Source: an uncultured bacterium
GTDB lineage: Bacteria > Hydrothermota > UBA3073 > NMUJ01
Assembly: GCA_965612795.1 (NCBI GenBank)
Contig: CBFDTI010000009.1
Span: forward strand, 1 to 28,549
Length of the DNA stretch: 28,549 nt
Direction: 5' to 3'
This document shows, in pieces, positions 18,262 through 26,390 of this stretch. The position numbers and the translations under genes were made by a program. Numbering within the stretch: the stretch's first letter is position 1; every line of letters starts with the position of its first letter. Below the pieces are notes generated by a model. That model did not search any database, was not told the origin of the DNA, and saw only the letters and a program-made list of their open reading frames with translations.

Positions 18262-18905
18262 TGGTGATGAAGTATCCAAAGTTACGTGAGCTGGGTGAAG
18301 CAATACGTGCGTTGTTTACGGGGCCATATACAACGAAGTTTCCAAAGGTACCACATGTGCCGGCGAAGAAGTTTCGTGGTAAACCTGTACCTGATGATGA
18401 ATGGTGTGTGGGTTGTACCGCATGTAAGGAAGTATGTCCAACGGGTGCGATAGAAGTGCATGACGATGCTGAAAAAGGTATACGAACCATCATCAGGCGA
18501 TACGATAAGTGTATATTCTGTGGACAGTGTGAACTTTACTGTATTACCGAGAGAGGTGTGCGTCTAACTCAGGAGTATGATCTGGCGACATTCGACCGCA
18601 GTACGCTATATGTTGAACAGCAGAAGGAGTTACTCGTATGTGATAGGTGTGGTGCGGTGATAGGTGCCAAACAACATATACTGTGGTTGATACACAAACT
18701 GGGGCCACTCGCCTACAGTAACCTGCCGTTAATGTTGGTATCACAGGAGGAGTTGAAAGTTGCGGAGGTGCCACGTGAGAAGATAACTATGGAGAAACCT
18801 GTCACCCGACAGGATATGTTTCGAATACTGTGTCCCAAATGTAAGCATGAGGTGTTGATCTACGATACCTACGCGAGACGTGTTGAACCCACTGATGATA
18901 AATAA
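18261..18905 (+). CDS. NuoI/HycF/MbhN-like 2x[4Fe-4S] subunit with C-terminal CxxC...CxxC extension
   Basis: GPYTTKFP..FRGKP, CVGCTACKEVCP, CIFCGQCELYC, then CDRCG...CPKCK. Start is GTG 18261, GTG 18264 or ATG 18267. Confidence 0.9.
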   Translation: MVMKYPKLRELGEAIRALFTGPYTTKFPKVPHVPAKKFRGKPVPDDEWCVGCTACKEVCPTGAIEVHDDAEKGIRTIIRRYDKCIFCGQCELYCITERGVRLTQEYDLATFDRSTLYVEQQKELLVCDRCGAVIGAKQHILWLIHKLGPLAYSNLPLMLVSQEELKVAEVPREKITMEKPVTRQDMFRILCPKCKHEVLIYDTYARRVEPTDDK

Positions 18906-19263
18906 GGTTATTGAGCTATCAGAACAGAACCTATACGCATGTTATCAGTGTGGTAAGTGTTCGGCAGGTTGCCCAAGCGTTAGTTTGATGGATCTTATGC
19001 CTAATCAGGTGATACGATACTTGCAGATAGGTAAACCTGATAAGGTGTTACAATGTAAGACGATATGGATATGTGCATCATGCTATACGTGTAGTGTGAG
19101 ATGCCCAAGGGGTATCGACCTGACACGTGTGATGGAGGCGATACGGTTGATACAATTGCGGAAGAATATCGACTATATAAAGGTACGTGAGATAAGTGAA
19201 GATGTGCTGGTAAGTTTACCACAGATTGCATTGGTGGCAGAGTTCAGGAAACACACAGCATGA
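18895..19263 (+). CDS. hdrC: Heterodisulfide reductase subunit C (short form)
   Basis: CYQCGKCSAGCP and IWICASCYTCSVRCPRGID; precedes hdrB and hdrA. ATG 18895 preferred. Confidence 0.9.
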   Translation: MINKVIELSEQNLYACYQCGKCSAGCPSVSLMDLMPNQVIRYLQIGKPDKVLQCKTIWICASCYTCSVRCPRGIDLTRVMEAIRLIQLRKNIDYIKVREISEDVLVSLPQIALVAEFRKHTA

Positions 19264-20123
19264 AAGTATTCTACTATCCAGGGTGTACATTGAAGACGCA
19301 GGCGAAGAATTTTGAATGTTCCGCTATGGAGGTGATGAAATTATTGGGTTACGAGCTGGTGGAGCTCAACCGCTGGAACTGTTGTGGTACGGTGTATTCG
19401 TTGGCATCGGACGATTTGATACATAAGGTTGCACCCATAAGGAATTTGATCCGCGTAAAGGAGCAGGGTGGTGACAAAGTTGTAACCCTATGTGCGATGT
19501 GCTACAATACGTTGAAACAGGCGAATGTATTCTTCAATTCGGATCAGGAAGCACGTGATAAGATAAACAGCTTTATGGATACCGAGATAGATTACGAAGG
19601 TGATGTGGAGGTATTGCATCTGCTTACAGTCCTTAAGGATGAGGTTGGGTTCGACAATATCAGCAAAAAGGTTGTACGTAAACTTAACCACATAAAGGTG
19701 GCACCCTATTATGGGTGTCTGTTGTTGAGGCCATCAACTGTCGCTATAGATGATGCGGAGAATCCATCCATCATGGAGGAGCTGTTACATGCGTTGGGTA
19801 TTGAAACGATCGATTTCCCTTATAGGAATGAGTGTTGTGGTACGTACAACACTGTAAGTGCGGTAGATCTTGTCATAGATAGGACGTATAGGATAGTGGG
19901 GTTGGCGAGAAATTTAGGTGCAGATGTGATTGTGACAAGTTGCCCATTGTGCCAGTTTAATCTTGAAGTACGGCAGAAGGATGTTAAGGAGAGGTTCCCT
20001 GAGTTTGAGCAGCTACCTGTGATATATTTTACGCAATTGATGGGTGTAGCGCTTGGTGTACCAATAGAGAGGTTGGGGTTTGACCTTAATCATATAAAGC
20101 CAAAAGTGTTGATGGAGTTGTGA
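19260..20123 (+). CDS. hdrB: Heterodisulfide reductase subunit B
   Basis: YYPGC...WNCCG...LCAMCYNTL and YYGCLLLRP...ECCG...SCPLCQFNL (two complete CCG domains). Confidence 0.93.
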   Translation: MKVFYYPGCTLKTQAKNFECSAMEVMKLLGYELVELNRWNCCGTVYSLASDDLIHKVAPIRNLIRVKEQGGDKVVTLCAMCYNTLKQANVFFNSDQEARDKINSFMDTEIDYEGDVEVLHLLTVLKDEVGFDNISKKVVRKLNHIKVAPYYGCLLLRPSTVAIDDAENPSIMEELLHALGIETIDFPYRNECCGTYNTVSAVDLVIDRTYRIVGLARNLGADVIVTSCPLCQFNLEVRQKDVKERFPEFEQLPVIYFTQLMGVALGVPIERLGFDLNHIKPKVLMEL

Positions 20124-20124
20124 C

Positions 20125-22083
20125 ATGGAGCCACGTATTGGGGTGTTTGTTTGTCACTGTGGGATCAATATCGCATCGACGGTAGATGTTAAACGTGTAG
20201 TGGAGGCGATTAAGGGTTACCCCGGTGTGGTGCATGCTGAGGATTATGTGTATATGTGTTCAGATCCGGGGCAGGAACTTATACGTTCACGTATTAAGGA
20301 GAAGAAACTAAACGGTGTAGTGGTTGCGGCATGTTCGCCAACCCTACATGAGGCTACTTTCAGGAATACCGTGGGACAGGTGGGGCTTAACCCATACAGG
20401 TGCGAGATCGCCAACATACGTGAACATTGTAGCTGGATACATACGGATAAGGATAAAGCTACGGAGAAAGCGATAAAAATAGTTAAGTCTATTGTTGAGA
20501 AGGTGAAATTAAACGATGAGCTGTTACCCATCAGTATACCTATCACCAAACGTGCGCTGGTTATAGGGGGTGGTATCGCTGGTATACAGGCGGCACTCGA
20601 TATCGCCAATGCAGGGTATGAAGTGATACTGGTGGAGAAGAATCCATCGATTGGCGGGCATATGGCACAGCTTTCGGAGACGTTTCCGACATTGGATTGT
20701 GCACAGTGTATATTGACACCTAAGATGGTGGAGGTGGGGCAACATCCCAATATCAAGCTATACAATTATGCGGAGGTTGAGGATCTGTCCGGGTATGTGG
20801 GTAATTTCAAAGTGAAGATTAGGTTAAAGGCATCGTATGTGGATTGGTCCAAATGTGTTGGCTGTGGTGTATGTATGGAGAAATGTCCGACGAAGGTACC
20901 GTCAGAGTTTGAGATGGGGCTCACCACACGTAAAGCTATATATGTGCCGTTCCCGCAGGCGGTACCTAACAAGCCGGTTATCGATAGAGAGAATTGCCTG
21001 TATTTTAAGACAGGTAAGTGTCGTGTATGTGAAAAGGTATGTACGTTTGAGGCGATAAAATTTGACGAACAGGATGAGTTTGTTGAAGAAGAGGTAGGTG
21101 CAATAATTGTAGCGACAGGGTATGAGCTATACCCGATTGAGAAGATTGGTGAGTATGGGGGTGGTAAGTACAAGGATGTGATAAATGGGTTGCAGTTTGA
21201 GCGATTGCTATCAGCGTCGGGACCGACGGGTGGTGGGGTGCAGCGGCCATCGGATAGGAAGGTACCTAAGCGGGTGGCATTTGTTAGCTGTGTGGGGTCA
21301 CGTGACCCTGAGTTACATAAACCATACTGTTCGAAAGTGTGTTGTATGTATCTGACGAAACATGCAATGTTGTACAAGCATCGTGTGCCAGATGGCGAAC
21401 CCATTGTGTTCTATATTGACATAAGGTCGGATGGTAAAGGATACGAGGAGTTTGTACAACGTGCACAGGAGGAGGATCACGTCACCTACATAAGGGGTAA
21501 GGTGTCGAAAATCTACGAAGATGATGGTGAGCTGGTGTTGCTTGCGGTTGATACGTTAACGGGTGAACCACTGGAGGTGAGGGTTGATATGGTGGTGTTG
21601 GGGATGGCTATTGTGCCATCGCCGTTGGTTTATGAGTTGGCGAAAAAGTTGAAGCTCCAGATAGATGCGAATGGGTTCCTGACGGAGGCACACCCGAAGT
21701 TGAGGCCGGTTGAAACACTTACACCGGGTATATTTCTTGCGGGGTGTGCACATGCACCTAAGGATATACCGGATACGGTGGCACAGGCGTCGGCGGCAGC
21801 AAGTAAGGTGTTGGAGATGTTCAGCCAGAAAGAGCTACAGCATGATCCGATGGTGGCAACAGTTGATGAAGATCGTTGTAGTGGGTGCGGTGTATGTGTA
21901 ACATTATGTCCGTATGGGGCGAGGGAGCTTGAGGTTAAAGATGGTAAGCGGGTAGCTAAGGTTAACGAAGCTAAGTGTGAAGGTTGTGGCAGCTGTATAG
22001 CGGGATGTCCGGCGGGTGCGTGTCAACAACGTAATCTTAAGGATGAACAGCTGGTGAATATGGTGAAGGCAGTACTGGAGTAG
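20125..22083 (+). CDS. hdrA: Heterodisulfide reductase subunit A (electron-bifurcating flavoprotein)
   Basis: CHCGINIA, YMCS, ACSP, NIREHCSW, GGGIAG, TFPTLDCAQC, inserted ferredoxin domain, QFERLL, CVGSRD, YCSKVCCMYLTK, C-terminal 2x[4Fe-4S] domain. Confidence 0.96.
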   Translation: MEPRIGVFVCHCGINIASTVDVKRVVEAIKGYPGVVHAEDYVYMCSDPGQELIRSRIKEKKLNGVVVAACSPTLHEATFRNTVGQVGLNPYRCEIANIREHCSWIHTDKDKATEKAIKIVKSIVEKVKLNDELLPISIPITKRALVIGGGIAGIQAALDIANAGYEVILVEKNPSIGGHMAQLSETFPTLDCAQCILTPKMVEVGQHPNIKLYNYAEVEDLSGYVGNFKVKIRLKASYVDWSKCVGCGVCMEKCPTKVPSEFEMGLTTRKAIYVPFPQAVPNKPVIDRENCLYFKTGKCRVCEKVCTFEAIKFDEQDEFVEEEVGAIIVATGYELYPIEKIGEYGGGKYKDVINGLQFERLLSASGPTGGGVQRPSDRKVPKRVAFVSCVGSRDPELHKPYCSKVCCMYLTKHAMLYKHRVPDGEPIVFYIDIRSDGKGYEEFVQRAQEEDHVTYIRGKVSKIYEDDGELVLLAVDTLTGEPLEVRVDMVVLGMAIVPSPLVYELAKKLKLQIDANGFLTEAHPKLRPVETLTPGIFLAGCAHAPKDIPDTVAQASAAASKVLEMFSQKELQHDPMVATVDEDRCSGCGVCVTLCPYGARELEVKDGKRVAKVNEAKCEGCGSCIAGCPAGACQQRNLKDEQLVNMVKAVLE

Positions 22084-22087
22084 TAAT

Positions 22088-22522
22088 ATGGAGGGGTTTG
22101 AACCCAAAATTGTGGCGTTCTGCTGTAAATGGTGTTCGTATGCGGCAGCCGATCTGGCGGGTACGTCGAGGTTGAAGATTAAGCCTAACTTTGTGGTGAT
22201 AAGGACGATGTGTTCCAGCCGCGTAGATCCCGAATTTATACTTGAGGCGTTTTGGAATGGTGCGGATGGTGTGCTGGTGGCGGGATGTCATCCGGGTGAT
22301 TGCCACTATGTGAATGGTAACTACAAGACGTTGCGTAGGGTGATGTTGTTGAAGAAGATGTTGGAACAGCTGGGGATCGATCCGAGGCGGTTACGTCTGG
22401 AGTGGATAGCAGCTAGTGAGAGCCGTAAGTTTGTTGTCACCATAAGGAAGTTTGTGGATGAATTGAAGCAGCTGGGGCCGTTGAGGTTGGAAGCGAGTGG
22501 TGATAATGGAAGTAACGGTTAG
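22088..22522 (+). CDS. mvhD: MvhD/FlxD [2Fe-2S] subunit
   Basis: FCCKWCSYAAADLAG, MCSSRVDP, GADGVLVAGCHPGDCHY..GN. Confidence 0.95.
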   Translation: MEGFEPKIVAFCCKWCSYAAADLAGTSRLKIKPNFVVIRTMCSSRVDPEFILEAFWNGADGVLVAGCHPGDCHYVNGNYKTLRRVMLLKKMLEQLGIDPRRLRLEWIAASESRKFVVTIRKFVDELKQLGPLRLEASGDNGSNG

Positions 22523-22925
22523 GTGGATAAATGGTATGCAGTTTGTGGGTAAGACTGGGTCAGGACATATGGTGGTGATGGATACCTCGACGGAGTTTGG
22601 TGGCGAAAACATGGCACCGACACCTATGGAGTTGCTGTTGGTGGCATTGGGTGGATGTACGGGGATGGATGTGATGTCGATCCTACGTAAGATGCAGGTG
22701 AAGTGTGAGTGCATGGAAATAAATGTTAAAGGTGAACGCAGTGATGAACATCCAAGGATGTTTAAAAAGATAGAGCTCGCGTATAGGGTGAAGGGTAAGG
22801 ATATACCGGAGGATAAGGTTAAGAGGGCGGTTGAGCTTTCGCAGGAGAAGTATTGTTCGATATCGGCGATGCTTAAGACAGTGGCCGACATTACATACAG
22901 GGTGGAGATAGAAAATAATAATTGA
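22506..22925 (+). CDS. OsmC/Ohr superfamily (YhfA-like) two-Cys protein
   Basis: SGHMVVMD, PTPMELLLVALGGCTGMDV, AVELSQEKYCSISAML. Start is ATG 22506 or GTG 22497; overlaps the mvhD 3' end. Confidence 0.9.
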   Translation: MEVTVRWINGMQFVGKTGSGHMVVMDTSTEFGGENMAPTPMELLLVALGGCTGMDVMSILRKMQVKCECMEINVKGERSDEHPRMFKKIELAYRVKGKDIPEDKVKRAVELSQEKYCSISAMLKTVADITYRVEIENNN

Positions 22926-22937
22926 TGGAGGTACAAC

Positions 22938-23915
22938 ATGGGTAAACCAAAGTTTGCATTTTACTGGTGTGCATCATGCGGTGGATGTGAAGAGACGGTG
23001 CTCGATCTCAACGAGAAGATACTGGAGGTTGTTGATAAGATAGATATTGTGTTTTGGCCGGTGGCACTCGACTTCAAACGTAAGGATATTGAGGCGATGA
23101 AGGAGGGTGAGATAGATGTTGCGTTTATAAATGGGGCGATAAGGACGAGTGAACAGGAGGAGATGGCTAAATTGTTGCGTGAGAAGGCGAAATTTGTGGT
23201 GGCGTTTGGGGCATGTGCGCAGTTGGGTGGTATACCGGGGTTGGCAAATTTCTGGGTACGGAGTGATATTTTTGATAGAGTCTACAAGGGGGTGCCCACT
23301 GTGGCAAATCCAGAAGGTGTGGTACCACAGCAGGTAGTGGAAATGGACGGTTATAAGCTGACGTTACCTGAATTTTACGATACGGTTAAGACGTTGGACC
23401 AAACAATAGCGGTGGATTACTATCTGCCGGGGTGTCCGCCACCACCTGATCTTATTATGGATGCGATAGAGGCCATACTTAAGGGTAAGCTACCGGAGAG
23501 AGGTACGGTGTTGGCACCCGATAAGGCGCTATGTGATACATGTCCAAGGAATGAGACCAAGCCGGAAAAGTTATCGATAAAAGATATAAAGCGGCCACAT
23601 GAGGTGATAATCGATCCGGAGAAGTGTTTCCTTGAACAGGGTATTATATGTTTGGGGCCTGTGACACGGTCGGGGTGTGGCGAACGTTGTATTAACGCTA
23701 ACATGCCATGTCGTGGATGTATGGGGCCGACGAGCGAGGTACGTGACCAGGGTGCGAAGGCGGTATCATTTATTGCATCTATTCTTGGGGTGGAAGATGA
23801 GGAGAAGCTATCAGAAGAAGAGGTGCAGAAGTTGATAGATAAGATTGTCGATCCAGCAGGTACGTTCTATAGGTTTTCACTACCGGCATCGTTACTTAGA
23901 AGGAGGCGCAAATGA
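22938..23915 (+). CDS. mvhG: Group 3c [NiFe]-hydrogenase small subunit
   Basis: WCASCGGCE, FGACAQLGGIPGLAN, LPGCPP, LCDTCPR, CFLEQGIICLGPVTRSGC..RC...PCRGCMGP. SD GGAGG. Confidence 0.93.
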   Translation: MGKPKFAFYWCASCGGCEETVLDLNEKILEVVDKIDIVFWPVALDFKRKDIEAMKEGEIDVAFINGAIRTSEQEEMAKLLREKAKFVVAFGACAQLGGIPGLANFWVRSDIFDRVYKGVPTVANPEGVVPQQVVEMDGYKLTLPEFYDTVKTLDQTIAVDYYLPGCPPPPDLIMDAIEAILKGKLPERGTVLAPDKALCDTCPRNETKPEKLSIKDIKRPHEVIIDPEKCFLEQGIICLGPVTRSGCGERCINANMPCRGCMGPTSEVRDQGAKAVSFIASILGVEDEEKLSEEEVQKLIDKIVDPAGTFYRFSLPASLLRRRRK

Positions 23916-25369
23916 GACGTGTGACTATCGACCCTATAACGAGGCTTGAGGGGCACGGTAAGATAGAAATATTCCTCGATGATAAAGGTGAGGTTGAGCG
24001 TGCATTCTTCCAGATACCGGAGTTGCGTGGGTTTGAGAAGTTCTGTGAGGGTAGGCCAGCTGAGGAGATGCCAAGGATTACACCACGAATATGTGGGGTG
24101 TGTCCGACTGCACACCATATGGCGTCAACTAAGGCGCTCGACGACCTATATAAGGTAGAGCCACCGGAAGCTGCTAAGAAGATACGTGAACTCATGTACT
24201 GTGCGTTCCAGGCGGAGGATCATCTGTTGCATTTCTTCTTCCTTGGGGCACCGGAGTTCATTGTGGGGTTGGATGCACCCAAGGGTGAACGTAATATACT
24301 GGGTGTTATAGGGAAGGTAGGGCTGGAAATCGGTGGTAAGGTGATAGAAGCACGTAAGAGGTGTCGTGAGATTATTACGTTGATAGGGGGTAAGGTTGTA
24401 CATCCGGTGTGTGGGTTACCAGGTGGGGTGTCGAAACCGTTAACCGAAGAGGAGCGTGCGAAGATTAAGGAAGCGGCAGACTTTATGGTGGAGTTTGCTA
24501 AGTTTGTGATGGAGCTATTCAACAAGCAAGTGGTACAGAACACGGAGTATGTGGAGTTGATAAGGAGTGATACGTATACACACAGAACTTACTATATGGG
24601 GTTGGTGGATAAGGACAATAAGGTGAACTTCTACGATGGTGATATTAGGGTGGTCGACCCCGATGGTAATGAGTTTGCGAAATTCTCGGCTGGTGAGTAT
24701 CTCAAGTATATTGCGGAACATGTTGAACCATGGACTTATGTGAGGTTCGCATACCTGAAGGAGGTGGGTTGGAAAGGGTTTGTCGATGGTAAAGATAGTG
24801 GGGTATTTAGGGTGGCACCACTGGCGAGGCTCAATGCAGCTGATGGTATGGCGACACCGATGGCACAGGAGTATTACGAACAGATGTATGATGTGTTGGG
24901 TGGTAAACCAGTGCATCATACGTTGGCATTCCACTGGGCACGCCTTATAGAGGTGGTGTATGCAGCGGAGAGGATGAAGCAGCTTGCGGAGGATCCAGTG
25001 CTTACGGATACGAATGTACGTAATATACCGGAAGCTACACCGGAGGAGGGGGTGGGTGTGGTGGAAGCACCGAGGGGGACGCTTTTCCATCACTATAAAA
25101 CTGATGGGAATGGTATACTTAAGGAAGTGAACCTCATAGTGGCGACACAGAACAATGCTGCTGCTATATGTATGTCGGTGGAGAAGGCAGCGAGATCGCT
25201 TATCAAAAGGGGTGAGGTTTCGGATAAGCTATTGAATATGATAGAGATGGCGTTTAGGGCGTACGATCCGTGTCATGCGTGTGCAACACATACGTTGCCG
25301 GGTGAGATGCCGCTGGAGGTGATAGTTTACAACTCGAAAAACGAACCGATAAAGGTGCTAAGGAGATAA
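23912..25369 (+). CDS. mvhA: Group 3c [NiFe]-hydrogenase large subunit
   Basis: DPITRLEGHG, ELRGFEKF, L1 motif PRICGVCPTAH, EAPRGTL, L2 motif RAYDPCHACATH, then a 25-aa extension; hdr/mvhD context. Confidence 0.94.
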   Translation: MRRVTIDPITRLEGHGKIEIFLDDKGEVERAFFQIPELRGFEKFCEGRPAEEMPRITPRICGVCPTAHHMASTKALDDLYKVEPPEAAKKIRELMYCAFQAEDHLLHFFFLGAPEFIVGLDAPKGERNILGVIGKVGLEIGGKVIEARKRCREIITLIGGKVVHPVCGLPGGVSKPLTEEERAKIKEAADFMVEFAKFVMELFNKQVVQNTEYVELIRSDTYTHRTYYMGLVDKDNKVNFYDGDIRVVDPDGNEFAKFSAGEYLKYIAEHVEPWTYVRFAYLKEVGWKGFVDGKDSGVFRVAPLARLNAADGMATPMAQEYYEQMYDVLGGKPVHHTLAFHWARLIEVVYAAERMKQLAEDPVLTDTNVRNIPEATPEEGVGVVEAPRGTLFHHYKTDGNGILKEVNLIVATQNNAAAICMSVEKAARSLIKRGEVSDKLLNMIEMAFRAYDPCHACATHTLPGEMPLEVIVYNSKNEPIKVLRR

Positions 25370-25383
25370 CCTTAAAGCTCAGC

Positions 25384-25827
25384 ATGAAGACCCTCGTACT
25401 GGGGCTCGGTAACCCGATACTGGCGGATGATGGTATCGGTATAAGGGTGGTACAGGAATTACGTAAAAGGGTGAATGGTGTTGAGTTTAAGGAATGTAGT
25501 ATCGCAGGGGTGGGTGTGTTGGATGAGATCGATGGCTATGATAGGGTTGTGATCATAGATGCGATCAAAACGGGTACGGGTGACCCAGGTACGGTATATA
25601 AGTTGAAGTTGGAGGATTTTGACAAAGCCTGCCCGATGGGGTCGCATGGGTGTGGGTTATCTACGGTGATAGAGCTGGGTAGGCGGATGGGGTATAAAGT
25701 GCCAAAGGTTATCGATATCTATGCGATAGAAGTGAAGAATAACGAGGAGTTTGGTGAAAACCTGACACCGAAGCTAGCTAAACAGTTGAATAATATAGTG
25801 GAAAGGATTGCGAAAGAGATAGCATGA
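25384..25827 (+). CDS. Hydrogenase maturation endopeptidase (HyaD/HybD/HoxW-like)
   Basis: LGLGNPILADDGIG, IIDAI, PGTVY, SHG; directly after mvhA. Confidence 0.9.
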   Translation: MKTLVLGLGNPILADDGIGIRVVQELRKRVNGVEFKECSIAGVGVLDEIDGYDRVVIIDAIKTGTGDPGTVYKLKLEDFDKACPMGSHGCGLSTVIELGRRMGYKVPKVIDIYAIEVKNNEEFGENLTPKLAKQLNNIVERIAKEIA

Positions 25828-26390
25828 AGCTAAAAGTTGATAAATTAAAGAAGTGGGAGAATGAGCTCAATGTATGTATCAGGTGTGGTTACTGTTACGA
25901 ACATTGTCACCTGTTTAAGTTGACGGGTTGGGAGGTAGATACACCCAGGGGTAAGCTGTTATTGATCTATGGGTTGGTTACGGGTGAGATTGTACCTTCG
26001 GAGTACATAGCGGAGAAGATATTTGAGTGTTTCTATTGCAAAAACTGTGGTAAGAGCTGTTCGGCGAATGTAGCAGTTACTGATATATTTACGGAGGCCA
26101 GGGAGGTACTGAAAGAAGCGGGGTTTGATGTCGATGGTACCACAGTAAAGGTTGATAAAGATATGTGTTCAGGCTGTGGTATATGTGTATCAGTCTGTAA
26201 AGCGGAAGCTACGAAGGTTGAGAAGGAGGAGGGTAAAAGGAAGGCGGTTGTTGATAAGGTGAAATGCCAATCCTGTGGTGTATGTGTGGCAGCATGTCCG
26301 ACAGGGGCACGTAAGCCGAAGGAGGGGTATCAAATATCGCCGAAAGAGCTTAGGGCAAAGGTTGCAGGATATCTGGTGGGTGCAAGATGA
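25824..26390 (+). CDS. Chimeric 4x[4Fe-4S] protein: GlcF-type N-terminal di-cluster domain + HdrA-C-terminal-like ferredoxin domain
   Basis: CIRCGYCYEHC, CFYCKNCGKSC, CSGCGICVSVC, CQSCGVCVAACP. Hand alignments to two other genes in this window are given under findings. Confidence 0.85.
   Translation: MKLKVDKLKKWENELNVCIRCGYCYEHCHLFKLTGWEVDTPRGKLLLIYGLVTGEIVPSEYIAEKIFECFYCKNCGKSCSANVAVTDIFTEAREVLKEAGFDVDGTTVKVDKDMCSGCGICVSVCKAEATKVEKEEGKRKAVVDKVKCQSCGVCVAACPTGARKPKEGYQISPKELRAKVAGYLVGAR

Noticed and set aside
9530..18905. Calling the membrane complex complex I (Nuo) or the non-hydrogenase Mbx/MBS
   Set aside because: The large subunit has all four Ni-binding Cys (CGIC, DPCYSC) plus a cleavable tail, the small subunit has CxxC, and a HycI protease is present.
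18895..25369. Evidence for a methanogen or for methanogenesis
   Set aside because: HdrABC-MvhADG occurs widely in non-methanogens, no mcr, mtr or fwd genes are present here, and the promoter motifs look bacterial.
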